Shown: positions 51,016-61,205, numbered from the stretch's first letter. The stretch: DNA of 64,000 nt from Nostoc sp. (GCA_036918135.1 JBALDB010000053.1:160001-224000); one strand, 5' to 3'. The notes: generated by a model not told the origin, from the sequence alone. Program-made: numbers and translations.

Positions 51016-52044
51016 TTAGGTGGCAAGTCCCAATTCTCCAGTGATTGATTGTGAATTCTCTATTTTGAATTCTGTATTCTTGTTCAAAGTTTGTTCAATC
51101 CATTGAATAACCTGATGACCCAAGCGAGTACCATCTAGGCGGTCAATCTCACGAATTCCGGTGGGACTGGTGACGTTAACTTCAGTCAGGTAGCCACCGA
51201 TAACGTCAATACCCACAAAAATTAAGCCATCTTCGCGTAAACGTTCAGCTATTTGGGTGCAGATTTCATACTCTGTTGGAGTAATTTCGGTTTGAGCGAC
51301 TGTACCACCAGTTGCCATATTATTGCGAAAATCAATGCCGTTAGAGAGGCGATTGAGCGCACCAATCGGTTCGCCATTGAGTAAGATAATTCGCTTATCT
51401 CCTTGTTTTGCTTGGGGTAGATAGGTCTGCACCATTACAGGTACTTTACCTTGAAGAGTACTGAGTTCGATAATCGAGTTGAAATTGCGATCGCCCGATT
51501 GCAAAATCAAAATTCCTTCCCCAGCTTTATTACCCAATGGTTTGAGAACCGCAGCTCCCTTTGCTTCCACAAATTGCTGGATAAACTGCTTATCAGCACT
51601 AACAATCGTTTCTGGAATTGCTTTGGTAAATTGGAGGGCGTACATTTTTTCATTTGCCCCTCGGATACCATTAGGATTGTTAACCACCAAAGTTTTATTT
51701 TGGTCAATGTAATCCAGAATATAGGTGGCATAGAGGTAGGAATCATTGACTGGTGGATCTGTCCGCATGAATACGGCATCCATTGTTTCTAAGGAAGCGA
51801 AAAAGCGATCGCCCAACTTATACCAAGGATTCGCTGCTACCCAGCGTCCCTCCACCAAATGTATCGGTACAAGTTCTATTCGCTGTAGGACAGCCCAAGC
51901 TTTGCTCTCCACCACACTCAGTAGATTTGCTTGAGTCACCCAAACTTCATGTCCCAGGATTTGCGCTGCTTCCATCAAGGCAACGCTGGTATCATGACAG
52001 GGGTCAAGCTGATGGATGGGATCAATGATAAAAGCCAGTTTCAC
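51016..52044 (-). CDS. gshB: Glutathione synthetase
   Basis: KLAFIIDP, MRTDPP, GDKRI and EVNVTSPTG motifs; start placed at GTG 52044. Confidence 0.96.
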   Translation of the reverse strand: MKLAFIIDPIHQLDPCHDTSVALMEAAQILGHEVWVTQANLLSVVESKAWAVLQRIELVPIHLVEGRWVAANPWYKLGDRFFASLETMDAVFMRTDPPVNDSYLYATYILDYIDQNKTLVVNNPNGIRGANEKMYALQFTKAIPETIVSADKQFIQQFVEAKGAAVLKPLGNKAGEGILILQSGDRNFNSIIELSTLQGKVPVMVQTYLPQAKQGDKRIILLNGEPIGALNRLSNGIDFRNNMATGGTVAQTEITPTEYEICTQIAERLREDGLIFVGIDVIGGYLTEVNVTSPTGIREIDRLDGTRLGHQVIQWIEQTLNKNTEFKIENSQSITGELGLAT

Positions 52045-52241
52045 ACTTTCTACCTCAATCACCAGAAAATTATATGCTTATTTAATTATTATCTCTTGAT
52101 GTTCTCAGCAATTGACGTATACGCGTTAAGCATATAGGAATTTGATTTGATGGCATAAAAAAATACCGTACGTCTTAAGGCAACAGACAATTAATTTTTC
52201 CTGTTGCCTGCCTTTAGGAGTAAGTTCAAAAATTAAATATC

Positions 52242-52349
52242 AGGAAACTCCAAGAAATAAATTATCCCGTTTGAAGTTACTGACCGATCGCTGATGACTG
52301 TTGACCGTTGACTGTGAACAGTGAGATATTTTTTAGAGAGGAAGTCCCT
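52242..52349. mobile_element. MITE-like element with degenerate terminal inverted repeats
   Basis: Left end AGGAAACTCCAAGAAATAAATTATC, right end GATATTTTTT...GGAAGTCCCT, STRR-like filler (TGACTGT). A solo left-end copy AGGGACTTCTAGAAAATAAATTATCC lies at 40018-40043. Confidence 0.55.
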
Positions 52350-52503
52350 AAGTCCTATAAATTAGAAGAAGCTAATATCTTAATAAACACTGCTTTTGTA
52401 GATAAAACTCAGTAAATAAGGCAGCGCGTTGCTTTTCGAGAGTTGTAGCGACTGCCATGTGTATCTAGCGGCTTGTAGCCAAGGTTTGCAATCCCTTGTG
52501 AAT

Positions 52504-52776
52504 CTAAACGCTATTGCTAGAAGCTAGTAGTTCATCCAGCTTGCCTTGAGTGTCTAAAGCGTGGATATCATCACAACCACCAACATGCTGATTATTGATG
52601 AAAATTTGTGGTAAAGAACGGCGTCCATTTGCTCTTTGAGCCATTTTATTTCTGGCTGCTTCATCTCCATCAATGCTGTATTCGATAAATTCAACTCCCT
52701 TATTTTTCAGCAAATTTTTGGCACGGATGCAAAATGGGCAAGTCCTCCAAGTATAAATTTCTACATTTGCAGCCAT
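52504..52776 (-). CDS. grxC: Glutaredoxin 3
   Basis: CPFC active site, SLPQIFI, GGCDD. Confidence 0.95.
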   Translation of the reverse strand: MAANVEIYTWRTCPFCIRAKNLLKNKGVEFIEYSIDGDEAARNKMAQRANGRRSLPQIFINNQHVGGCDDIHALDTQGKLDELLASSNSV

Positions 52777-52925
52777 AAAGTCCTCAAATTGATTTAATAC
52801 TTCTTAATTTTAGAACTTTGCCACTGGCTATAGCTGCTCTATGCAGTTTTGAATTTATTCTCAAAGATGCCTAACTGGGTTTAAAAAATAAAAATTAGTT
52901 AACAGAACATTAAATGTAATAACCC

Positions 52926-52951
52926 TTGTTAGTTATAGATTCAGGCGATCG
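52926..52951. repeat. 26-bp direct repeat, copy 1 (copy 2 at 55568-55593)
   Basis: TTGTTAGTTATAGATTCAGGCGATCG vs TTGCTAGTTATAGATTCAAGCGATCG, 24/26 identical. Confidence 0.85.
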
Positions 52952-53071
52952 TCGCCTCGACCGAGTAAGAAAGTTGCGTGTTAATGACTCAATCCCTGTG
53001 AACTATTGCTGCCAGCCCATCTTCACTTAGAATTAGTATGAGAATACTTAATTATTTTTAAGTAACTTAGA

Positions 53072-55444
53072 TTAGACGATCGCTAAATCAGTTAAGTTGC
53101 CTTTGTATCCAGTAATTTCAATTACGGCATCTGTGAGAGCAGAGAATCCATTAGTATTATTATTGAGTGCCAGAAAAGTCCGTTGTTCATTGCCTGCACC
53201 TAAAGTAAAAGTCGCCGCACCTTTAGCTATAAAAGCAGTTGCACTCAATATTTGTTGTACATTTGACAACTTCAGACTATCAACAGTACCTAGTTGAACC
53301 ACATTAGCAGCTGAAACAGTATTGATGCCATCAATTTTATCTTGATAAATGTTAAGGTCAGTAATCACATCAAAACTGGACAGCAGCGAATCACTTAGGC
53401 TGCTAAATACAAATGTATCACTGCCAGCACCACCTGTGAGAATATCGCCACCAGCGCCGCCATTAAGCAGGTCACAACCTTTGCCACCAACTAGTTTGTC
53501 ATTTCCGGCTAATCCAAGGAGTTTATCGTTGCCGTTTTTGCCAGAAATTTTGTCATTGCCAGCCCTACCAATGAGTGTATCTTTAGAGTTGCCACCACAT
53601 AAGGTTTTACCTTGGACAGTTCCTTGTCTGGTGGTCTGGCTGATGAGTTGACCATTGCCATCATACAGATAACTGGCAACTGCATCAGTTATGCCATCGG
53701 CATTGTTGTCAATATCTGTGGAGGTCAGTATACCATTGGCATTGTAGTTGTAAGTTGTAATCTTGTCAGCGATGCCAGCATTATTCTTGTCTACTATTTG
53801 TGCAGTTAGTTTGTCTTTAGCGTTGTAACTGTAAACAGTGACTTCATCAATGATGCCATCACGATTATTGTCAGTTTTCTGTGCAGTTAGTTTGCCCTTA
53901 GCATCGTATTTATAAGTAGTGACTTCATCAACAATGCCATCTTTATTATTGTCAATCTTTAGTGATTCGAGCTTGCCGCTAAAATCATAGCTGTAAGTAC
54001 CAACCGCATCAATTACACCATCATTATTTTTGTCATAGCTGGCGGTTGTGCGTCCATAAGTATAGCTTGTGACATCATCACCTTTGCCATCGTCGTCATA
54101 GTCTTCACTTACGGATGTCAGGTTGCCATTGGCATCAAAAGTAGCCGTATAGACTCTATTACCGTTGCCGTCGCGGTTGTCGTCAATACTAAAGGATGTC
54201 CGATTGCCATTAGCATCATAAATAGAGGTTTTGACATAATCAACTTTGCCGTCGCCGTTGTTGTCTTCGGTATAGGATGTCTCATTGCCGTTGGCATCAT
54301 AAGTATAGGTTATGACAGAATCAACTTTGCCGTCGCCGTTGGTGTCATAGCTAGAGGATGTCTGTTTGCCGTTGGCATCATAAGTAGAGGTTACGACAGA
54401 ATCAACTTTGCCGTCGCCGTTGGTGTCATTGCTATAGGATGTCTGTTTGCCGTCGGCATCATAAGTATAGGTTCTGACATAATCAACTTTGCCGTCGCCG
54501 TCGTCATCTTCGCTTTCGGATGTCAACTTGCCATTGGCATTATAAGTAGCGGTATAGACATCTACGTAAGCGATGCCGTTGGAACTGTAATTTCTGCTTT
54601 CAAATGTCTTGTTGCCATTGGAATCATAAGTAGCTGTATAGACTGTTGCGTCAGGTGTGCCGTCGCCGTTTTCGTCAACTCTTTCAAATGTCTTGTTGCC
54701 ATTAGCATCATAAGTATAGGTTCTGACAAGATCGACTTTGCCGTCGCCGTTGTTGTCTTCGCTTTCGGATATCACATTGCTGCTAGCATCATAAGTATAG
54801 GTATAGACTCTATCAGCTATCCCGTCGCCGTTGCCATCATAGCTATAGGATGAGAGTGTCTTGTTGCCGTTGGCATCATAAGCATAGGTTGTGACATAAT
54901 CAGCGTCATAGCGGTTGTCAACTTTTTCGGATATCACATTGCCGTTGCTATCATAAGTATAGGTAACCACTTCATCAAGTATGCCGCCACTGTCGCTGCT
55001 GGCTGTACTACTATAGGATATCAGTCTGCCGTTGGCATCATAAGTAGCGTTATAGGATTGAGGCCCAGTATATTCGTAGCTAGAATATGAGGATATTAGG
55101 TTGCCGTTGGCATTATAAGTAGCGGTATAGACTTGATCGGTTATGCCATCTTCAACATAGCTCTCGGATGTCTTATTGCCATTAGCATCATAAATAGAGA
55201 TTGTGGCTCTATCAGCGATGCCATCGCCGTTGTAGTCTTCGCTTTGGGATGTTTGGTTGCCATTGGCGTCATAGGTATAGGTTGTAACATCCTTATTGGT
55301 GGTGCCGTCGAAGGAGCTAGTATAGAATGTCAGTTGATAACCGTAGGTAATAACTAAGTCTATTGTCCCATCACTGTTATTATCTATGCTTTCAGATATC
55401 AGTTTGCCAGCAGCATCGTAAGTATAAGTTGTAGTTGAGGTCAT
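53072..55444 (-). CDS. Secreted repeat protein: YD-like/DxNGDG 27-aa repeats plus RTX nonapeptides and a bluetail-like C-terminus
   Basis: Repeats such as TYTYDANGNxTSxSxDxNGDGKVDxV (81-bp DNA period near 54240-54500), GGxGxDxL repeats, and a D.ITD...D.ID / TFLALN......D..IEITG tail. No Sec signal. Confidence 0.85.
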   Translation of the reverse strand: MTSTTTYTYDAAGKLISESIDNNSDGTIDLVITYGYQLTFYTSSFDGTTNKDVTTYTYDANGNQTSQSEDYNGDGIADRATISIYDANGNKTSESYVEDGITDQVYTATYNANGNLISSYSSYEYTGPQSYNATYDANGRLISYSSTASSDSGGILDEVVTYTYDSNGNVISEKVDNRYDADYVTTYAYDANGNKTLSSYSYDGNGDGIADRVYTYTYDASSNVISESEDNNGDGKVDLVRTYTYDANGNKTFERVDENGDGTPDATVYTATYDSNGNKTFESRNYSSNGIAYVDVYTATYNANGKLTSESEDDDGDGKVDYVRTYTYDADGKQTSYSNDTNGDGKVDSVVTSTYDANGKQTSSSYDTNGDGKVDSVITYTYDANGNETSYTEDNNGDGKVDYVKTSIYDANGNRTSFSIDDNRDGNGNRVYTATFDANGNLTSVSEDYDDDGKGDDVTSYTYGRTTASYDKNNDGVIDAVGTYSYDFSGKLESLKIDNNKDGIVDEVTTYKYDAKGKLTAQKTDNNRDGIIDEVTVYSYNAKDKLTAQIVDKNNAGIADKITTYNYNANGILTSTDIDNNADGITDAVASYLYDGNGQLISQTTRQGTVQGKTLCGGNSKDTLIGRAGNDKISGKNGNDKLLGLAGNDKLVGGKGCDLLNGGAGGDILTGGAGSDTFVFSSLSDSLLSSFDVITDLNIYQDKIDGINTVSAANVVQLGTVDSLKLSNVQQILSATAFIAKGAATFTLGAGNEQRTFLALNNNTNGFSALTDAVIEITGYKGNLTDLAIV

Positions 55445-55567
55445 AAACTTATGCTCCTGAATAAATATTTGTATAACTTACGCTGCATACCAAAGCCTGA
55501 GGTCTGCCAATGAATATGGTATAACGGTTCAACCCGATTAACAACAATTTTTTTGCTAGCAACTAAG

Positions 55568-55593
55568 TTGCTAGTTATAGATTCAAGCGATCG
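55568..55593. repeat. 26-bp direct repeat, copy 2, running into a full HIP1 site
   Basis: See the copy at 52926-52951; this copy ends in GCGATCGC. Confidence 0.85.
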
Positions 55594-55898
55594 CTTCTAA
55601 ATGTTACAAATCGTAATTGATAACTCGCAACTTGGGTTAGTAGTCTATCAATTCAACTTTGCGAAGCTTAAAATTCTCCACGTCCCTTATCCCCGAAATA
55701 AATATTTAATGTTAATTAATGCTTGCACAACAAAATGGTAAAACTCAGTTGCTAATGATGGGAATTTGCTGCTTGCTATCGATGTCAAATCAGATGCACC
55801 CAGCGAAAGCCTTTTAGCACTCTATATACACAATTAAAGGTTATTTATAAAACAAGCCTCACGTTCAAAAATACTTTTTTATTTTGGTTTCATACAAT

Positions 55899-55926
55899 AA
55901 AAAACCCAGTATTAATACTGGGTTTT
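55899..55926 (-). terminator. Intrinsic terminator after hflX
   Basis: Perfect palindrome AAAACCCAGTATTAATACTGGGTTTT, 33 bp past the hflX stop, ending in a T-run on the minus strand. Confidence 0.75.
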
Positions 55927-55959
55927 AATATAATTAAAAAAATTATTATATTTCGGTAT

Positions 55960-57705
55960 TTATCCACGGTCAACGGCATATTCAATCAGCTGGGCAAGGC
56001 GCTGACGTAGAGTTTCTAATCCCAATCGCTGACTCGCAGAAATAAACACTGCGAGGGGAAATTCTTCTCTAGCTAAAGCCAGTGTCTCACTAGTGGCTCG
56101 ATCGATCTTGTTAAAAACAACCAGCGCTGGCCCAGGAGTGATTGGCATTTGCGCCAGGATTTCCCTGACTGAACGAATATGACGCAACCAAGCTGGGTGA
56201 GATAAATCTACCAAATGCAACAGGGCATCGGCTTCTGTAACTTCCTCTAAGGTGGCGCGGAAGGCATCTATTAAGGATGTTGGCAGTTCGTGTATGAATC
56301 CTACCGTATCTGTAACCAGAATTTCTTGAGGTTCATCAGTTTCGCCATGAGGAATTACCAAGCGGCGGGTAGTAGGATCGAGAGTGGCAAATAGCTGGTC
56401 GGCTGTATAAACTTCTGCGTTAGTCAGAGCATTCAATAGGGTAGACTTACCAGCGTTAGTGTACCCAACCAAAGCGACTGAGGGTACTTCTCGATGCTGT
56501 CGTCGCTGTCGTAAGCGCGAACGATGCGCTTGTAACTGGTTGACTTCTTTTTGCAGTCGGGAAATCCGCTGGCCAATGGCACGTCGTTCAGTTTCCAGTT
56601 TAGTTTCACCAGGGCCGCGAGTACCAATACCACCACCCAATCGGGACATGGTACGACCTCTACCAGCTAGTCGTGGCTGCATATATTCTAACTGGGCTAG
56701 TTCTACTTGCAATTTACCAGCGCGGGACTGAGCGCGTTGGGCGAAAATATCTAAAATTACTTCGGTGCGGTCAACTACACGGACACCAATTTGTGCTTCT
56801 AGGTTGCGGACTTGGGATGGAGATAAGTCGCGGTCAAAGACGACGAGATTGACTCCTAGTGTTTGGGCTGTGAGGGCAATTTCTTGCACCTTACCTTCGC
56901 CCACTACTGTCTGGGGATGAATCCGCGATCGCTTTTGTTGTATTGTCTGCAATACATCTCCGCCAGCTGTATCAACTAAACGTGCTAATTCCGCGAGGGT
57001 GTCTTGAAATTGTTGGGGGGTCATTTCATCAGTCATTAACCCGACAATTAACACGCGATCGTGGTCAGCGTCTACTTCCTGGGCGATAAATTCCCGCTGG
57101 AATTCGGCTTCCAGATTTTCCACTAGGTCGAGCAAATCTTGCTGTGCCAGTTCATCCAATTCTAAAGGTGGCGATATACTCCAACTTGGAGATTGAACTT
57201 GCTTCTGGTCTACCTTCAAGCCCGCAGGAGTAGTAATCAAAGTGCGAGAGTCTTGGGGCGTTAGATGAGCCAAATAAGCTTCTTTGACGTACCCAGTAGC
57301 GCCGCCTCCGCGTCGTGTAAATCCTGTTTTGGTAATGTTTAGCACAACTAAAGCATCTAAGCGTTGGAGCGCCATAGCCGTGAGTGCGGCTTCATTCGGC
57401 GGTTCTGGCTTAAGATGAGTGGCGATACAACGAATACCGCACAGTCGTTCTGCACCGTAACGCGGCAGTTCCAGTGGTGGGATTTGCGTTTGACGCGGTG
57501 TACCTACCCCCACACGAATCACTTGTCCGCGACGGTTGAGGTAAGCACACACAGGTTGATTGAGTTCTGTGCTAATTGCTGCCAAACGCTGGGAAAACTC
57601 AGGTGTGGTGATGCGATCGCCTGGTATGCGTTGGTGATAAAGCCGCTGTAGTTGCTTCAGCTGGCTGGTTTTTAGACCTTGGAGATTTCCAAAGATAGTC
57701 TCTAT
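55960..57705 (-). CDS. hflX: GTPase HflX, long cyanobacterial form
   Basis: GTRGPGETKLE, GYTNAGKST, DQLFATLD, DTVGF and NKID motifs. The frame is open upstream of the track's TTG (57585) to ATA at 57705, encoding (M)ETIFGNLQGLK.SQLKQL.RLY. Confidence 0.93.
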   Translation of the reverse strand: METIFGNLQGLKTSQLKQLQRLYHQRIPGDRITTPEFSQRLAAISTELNQPVCAYLNRRGQVIRVGVGTPRQTQIPPLELPRYGAERLCGIRCIATHLKPEPPNEAALTAMALQRLDALVVLNITKTGFTRRGGGATGYVKEAYLAHLTPQDSRTLITTPAGLKVDQKQVQSPSWSISPPLELDELAQQDLLDLVENLEAEFQREFIAQEVDADHDRVLIVGLMTDEMTPQQFQDTLAELARLVDTAGGDVLQTIQQKRSRIHPQTVVGEGKVQEIALTAQTLGVNLVVFDRDLSPSQVRNLEAQIGVRVVDRTEVILDIFAQRAQSRAGKLQVELAQLEYMQPRLAGRGRTMSRLGGGIGTRGPGETKLETERRAIGQRISRLQKEVNQLQAHRSRLRQRRQHREVPSVALVGYTNAGKSTLLNALTNAEVYTADQLFATLDPTTRRLVIPHGETDEPQEILVTDTVGFIHELPTSLIDAFRATLEEVTEADALLHLVDLSHPAWLRHIRSVREILAQMPITPGPALVVFNKIDRATSETLALAREEFPLAVFISASQRLGLETLRQRLAQLIEYAVDRG

Positions 57706-58150
57706 AGGCGTTTTTGACCAGTTAAATGGCCCCCCGAATCCTTCTTATGTCTATTTTACAACAGGCTTCAGGCTGCCAACTCTCTCCTGTGAGGGATGCG
57801 ATCTCAATTAGTATCTGTGGAGTCTTAATTTGTAGACTATGACACTATTTTGAATTTTGCAGCAAGTCTGAGCGCTAAAAGTTGGCGAGCGCAACTTTCC
57901 AAGACAGATTTTCGCTTGCCAAAGAGTTAGTGGTAATCGCTTGTGGCAATTCATCTGTCGCAATCATTTTTAAAATTAGTATTAATTCGCAATTTAAATT
58001 CGCAATTTTAGCTTTACCTGTTTGACCAAATGAAACAGTCCTTTAAGAGTAACCTTTGAACTCAGCACTCTTCACTAGTGATTGCGTTGTTAAATCTACC
58101 CGTATTACCACAACCAGCTTAGGATAGACTAAAAGAATTTTTTGAGTCAA

Positions 58151-58366
58151 ATGGTAGAAAAAATCATAGCTGTGTTTAATGGCAAAGTGTTCTATCCGTC
58201 CGAACCGATCGCACTGCCAACTAATACCCGTGTGCAAATCAGTATTGAAATTTTACCGCCTGTTGAACATCAAACAGTATCATTCTTGCAAACAGCGCGA
58301 TCGCTCAACCTCGAAGGATCGCCTGATTGGTCTGCCAACATAGATAAATATTTGTACGCTAAATAA
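58151..58366 (+). CDS. DUF104/AF2212-like antitoxin
   Basis: IIAVFNGKVFYP.EPI.LP.NTRV.I.I and P.DWS.NID.YLY; 7 bp upstream of a PIN toxin. Confidence 0.8.
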   Translation: MVEKIIAVFNGKVFYPSEPIALPTNTRVQISIEILPPVEHQTVSFLQTARSLNLEGSPDWSANIDKYLYAK

Positions 58367-58373
58367 ACTTTTC

Positions 58374-58799
58374 ATGCACTCTGAAGTCTTTCTTGATACA
58401 TCATTTGCTATTGCCTTATCTGCACCAAGCGATCGCTTGCATCACCGAGCTTTACATCTGGCTAAAATGTTACAAGCGGCAGAAACCCGTTTAGTGACAA
58501 CACAGGCCATTATGTTGGAAATTGGCAATGCCTTATCCCGACTCCCTTATCGTCAGGCAGCGGTCGTATTATTAAATTCTTTGGTAGCAGACTCGAAAGT
58601 AGAAATTGTCCCCCTTTCCCAGGAACTCTACGAACGTGCTTTTCAGCTTTATTGCGAACGAAGTGAGAAAGAATGGGGATTTGTCGATTGCGTGTCTTTT
58701 ATTGTAATGGAATATAGTGGAATCACTGAAGCCTTAACTGCTGACGAGCATTTTCAACAAGCAGGGTTTCGAGCATTACTGCGAGAAAATTTGCCGTAA
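58374..58799 (+). CDS. vapC: VapC-type PIN-domain toxin
   Basis: VFLDTS, E in IMLEIGN, WGFVDCVSF and ALTADEHFQQAGF motifs. Confidence 0.9.
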   Translation: MHSEVFLDTSFAIALSAPSDRLHHRALHLAKMLQAAETRLVTTQAIMLEIGNALSRLPYRQAAVVLLNSLVADSKVEIVPLSQELYERAFQLYCERSEKEWGFVDCVSFIVMEYSGITEALTADEHFQQAGFRALLRENLP

Positions 58800-58994
58800 C
58801 TGGGGATTGGGGATTGGGTATTGAAAGTTTACCCATTATCCATTCACTAATTACCCACTTCCTCATCTCCCTCATCTTTCCCAGTTCCCAGTCCCCATTA
58901 CCTCTTATCCCCACAGGGGGGCCACCTTCCCCAGTACCCAGTCCTTATTTCGTTACAATCGGCTTGTGCGTTAGGCATTCACGAGTTATCAGCC

Positions 58995-60563
58995 ATGAAT
59001 TTGATTTCCGACCCACCGATTCCTATAAAAATTCAAAAGATGAAGGAACGGGTGCGGTGGATGCATCCGAGTTTTATGCAACGGGGAATTGACCAAACGA
59101 GCATGGTTATTGACGATCGCAGGTCGGATAATCCAGAATTTTCCTTTATGGTTATCGGCGATTCTGGTACCAAATCCCATTCTCCACACCACCCCCAGCG
59201 AAAAGTTGCCGAACTGATGCTTGCTCACCGCGAGGATTGCAGTTTTGTGTTGCATACCGGAGATGTAATCTATGTCGTGGGTTCTCAAGAGTATTACTCA
59301 ACAAATTTTATTGAGCCTTACCGAGAATTTCTTGTAGGTGGCGAGAACCCGAAAAAGATTTCCTATGACCGTATGGTGTTTAATTTGCCGTTCCTGCCTG
59401 TACTTGGTAATCATGATTACTATGATGTGCCGTTAATGTACCGTTTAGTTACTGGAACAACATCGTCACTACGTCGGCTGTTTGGCTATAAAGATATTGA
59501 GATTGGCTGGCATGGTTCGTATCAAGGTAATGCCTATGCACGGGCGTTTATGGATTATACAGCGGCGATGTCTTCCCAAAAGTTAGAAAGTCATTTAGAT
59601 CGGCACTATACTGCTAAAACTGACACGGGACGCTGTTTGCGTTACCAACCCGGAGAGTTTACTCGCTTACCCAATCGCTATTATACGTTTCGTTACGGTG
59701 GGATTGACTTTTTTGCACTGGATTCTAATACCTTTAATATACCATCACCTTTACCTGTAACTCAAGAAGGGGAGATTTATCGTCGCGAATTACAAAAGCG
59801 TCGCGATGAGATAAGTAGAGAAGAATTGCAGATTTTGAAAATATCCGATGGACTAAACCCAGATAAACCCACCCAAGCGGAAAAACTCGATGAACTGAGT
59901 GCTAAATTAGACCAAATTGATGAAATCAAAATCGATATTGAAAAACAGTTAACATCTGAGAAAATGCCTGCGATCGATTTTGAACAACTTGAATGGTTAC
60001 GAAGCAGACTCATCGAATCTTGGAATACTTCCGAGGTGCGCGGACGTATCATCTTTTTCCACCATCCACCCTATGTTACAGAGGCTACAAAATGGCATCA
60101 GGCGCAAACCTTGGCAGTTCGCCACCGCTTGCGCTGGGTATTTGAACAAGTAGCCGAAACTGTTGGTTCCTTAACTAAAGAGCGTCCAATAGTCGATTTG
60201 ATTTTAAACGGTCACGCTCACTGTTTGGAATATCTCCGCACAACTGATACCGGATTTGCTGATTCTCACATTAACTGCATTATTTCTGGTGGTAGCGGTC
60301 ATCGTCCTCGCTATCAACGGCGAGGGGGGACTGAATTGATGGAGACTTTTGCTGAAATTCCAGATAAACCCACTCGTAAAGTTGCTGATTCATTACTTTT
60401 TGTCGGTCGGCATGACTACAATTTTTCTAAGCGACTGCCTTACTCATGCGTGCGAATTGATGTTCTGGATGGTCGTCCACCCAAGTTTATTGTTAGACCA
60501 TTGATTGCGGAACGTATCGAACAACAGTGGTATAACCACGAACTTAAACCATTTGTGATTTAA
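58995..60563 (+). CDS. Calcineurin-like metallophosphoesterase
   Basis: GDSG, GDVIY, GNHDYY, HHPPY and NGHAH motifs, with a coiled-coil insertion. Confidence 0.9.
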   Translation: MNLISDPPIPIKIQKMKERVRWMHPSFMQRGIDQTSMVIDDRRSDNPEFSFMVIGDSGTKSHSPHHPQRKVAELMLAHREDCSFVLHTGDVIYVVGSQEYYSTNFIEPYREFLVGGENPKKISYDRMVFNLPFLPVLGNHDYYDVPLMYRLVTGTTSSLRRLFGYKDIEIGWHGSYQGNAYARAFMDYTAAMSSQKLESHLDRHYTAKTDTGRCLRYQPGEFTRLPNRYYTFRYGGIDFFALDSNTFNIPSPLPVTQEGEIYRRELQKRRDEISREELQILKISDGLNPDKPTQAEKLDELSAKLDQIDEIKIDIEKQLTSEKMPAIDFEQLEWLRSRLIESWNTSEVRGRIIFFHHPPYVTEATKWHQAQTLAVRHRLRWVFEQVAETVGSLTKERPIVDLILNGHAHCLEYLRTTDTGFADSHINCIISGGSGHRPRYQRRGGTELMETFAEIPDKPTRKVADSLLFVGRHDYNFSKRLPYSCVRIDVLDGRPPKFIVRPLIAERIEQQWYNHELKPFVI

Positions 60564-60623
60564 ATTTTTGGCTTAAACGCGTAACACCTGTTTTTGAAAC
60601 ATCACAGATGAAATTACGGTAAA

Positions 60624-61061
60624 TTATTGAGGAATTGGGTCTAAGAAGGTAGTCCCTGGTTTTCTCATTTGAAATAATACCAACGTAGCTGGCTCAGTTG
60701 AGCTAGGATTTCTAGCACGCACAGCCACATTGATAGGCTCCATAATAGCCTTGCCTGCTGGTACTGCAATTGAAGGCTGTCCTGATTTGAAATCAACTAC
60801 ATACTCACCACTAATTGTGTAAGCGAACACAGGAGAACCATGTGTATGCCAGATACTAGCCTCTCCCGGTGCCATAGTCGCTGTTAACATTTCACTTTCT
60901 AACACTGATGCTTTCGGTAATTCGCTCGTCTTGACATTAAGAACAACAGTTGGTTCTGCTGCAACTGGCTTTGCCGGAGGCTGGGCTAAAGAGATACTCC
61001 AATACCCAACCCCAAGCACGACGACAACCAAAACTACGATAATAACTTGTTTGACTTTCAT
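60624..61061 (-). CDS. Exported cupin-domain protein
   Basis: Signal/TM N-terminus; PGE...WHTH....AY..SGE cupin motif 1. Confidence 0.8.
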   Translation of the reverse strand: MKVKQVIIVVLVVVVLGVGYWSISLAQPPAKPVAAEPTVVLNVKTSELPKASVLESEMLTATMAPGEASIWHTHGSPVFAYTISGEYVVDFKSGQPSIAVPAGKAIMEPINVAVRARNPSSTEPATLVLFQMRKPGTTFLDPIPQ

Positions 61062-61205
61062 CGCTCACACCTGAAGTTAAGACAGATATTACTATTTCAG
61101 CGAAATATTGAAACTCAAATTTTGAAGTGGTTGCATCAACATATTTTTCAATTAGTTTTAGCAACATAACTGCCAATACAAGAAACACATTATCACTAAA
61201 AATGA

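Noticed and set aside
54100..55300. 81-bp periodic repeats as a CRISPR array or DGR template/variable region
   Set aside because: They are in-frame coding repeats of one ORF, with no unique spacers and no reverse transcriptase nearby.
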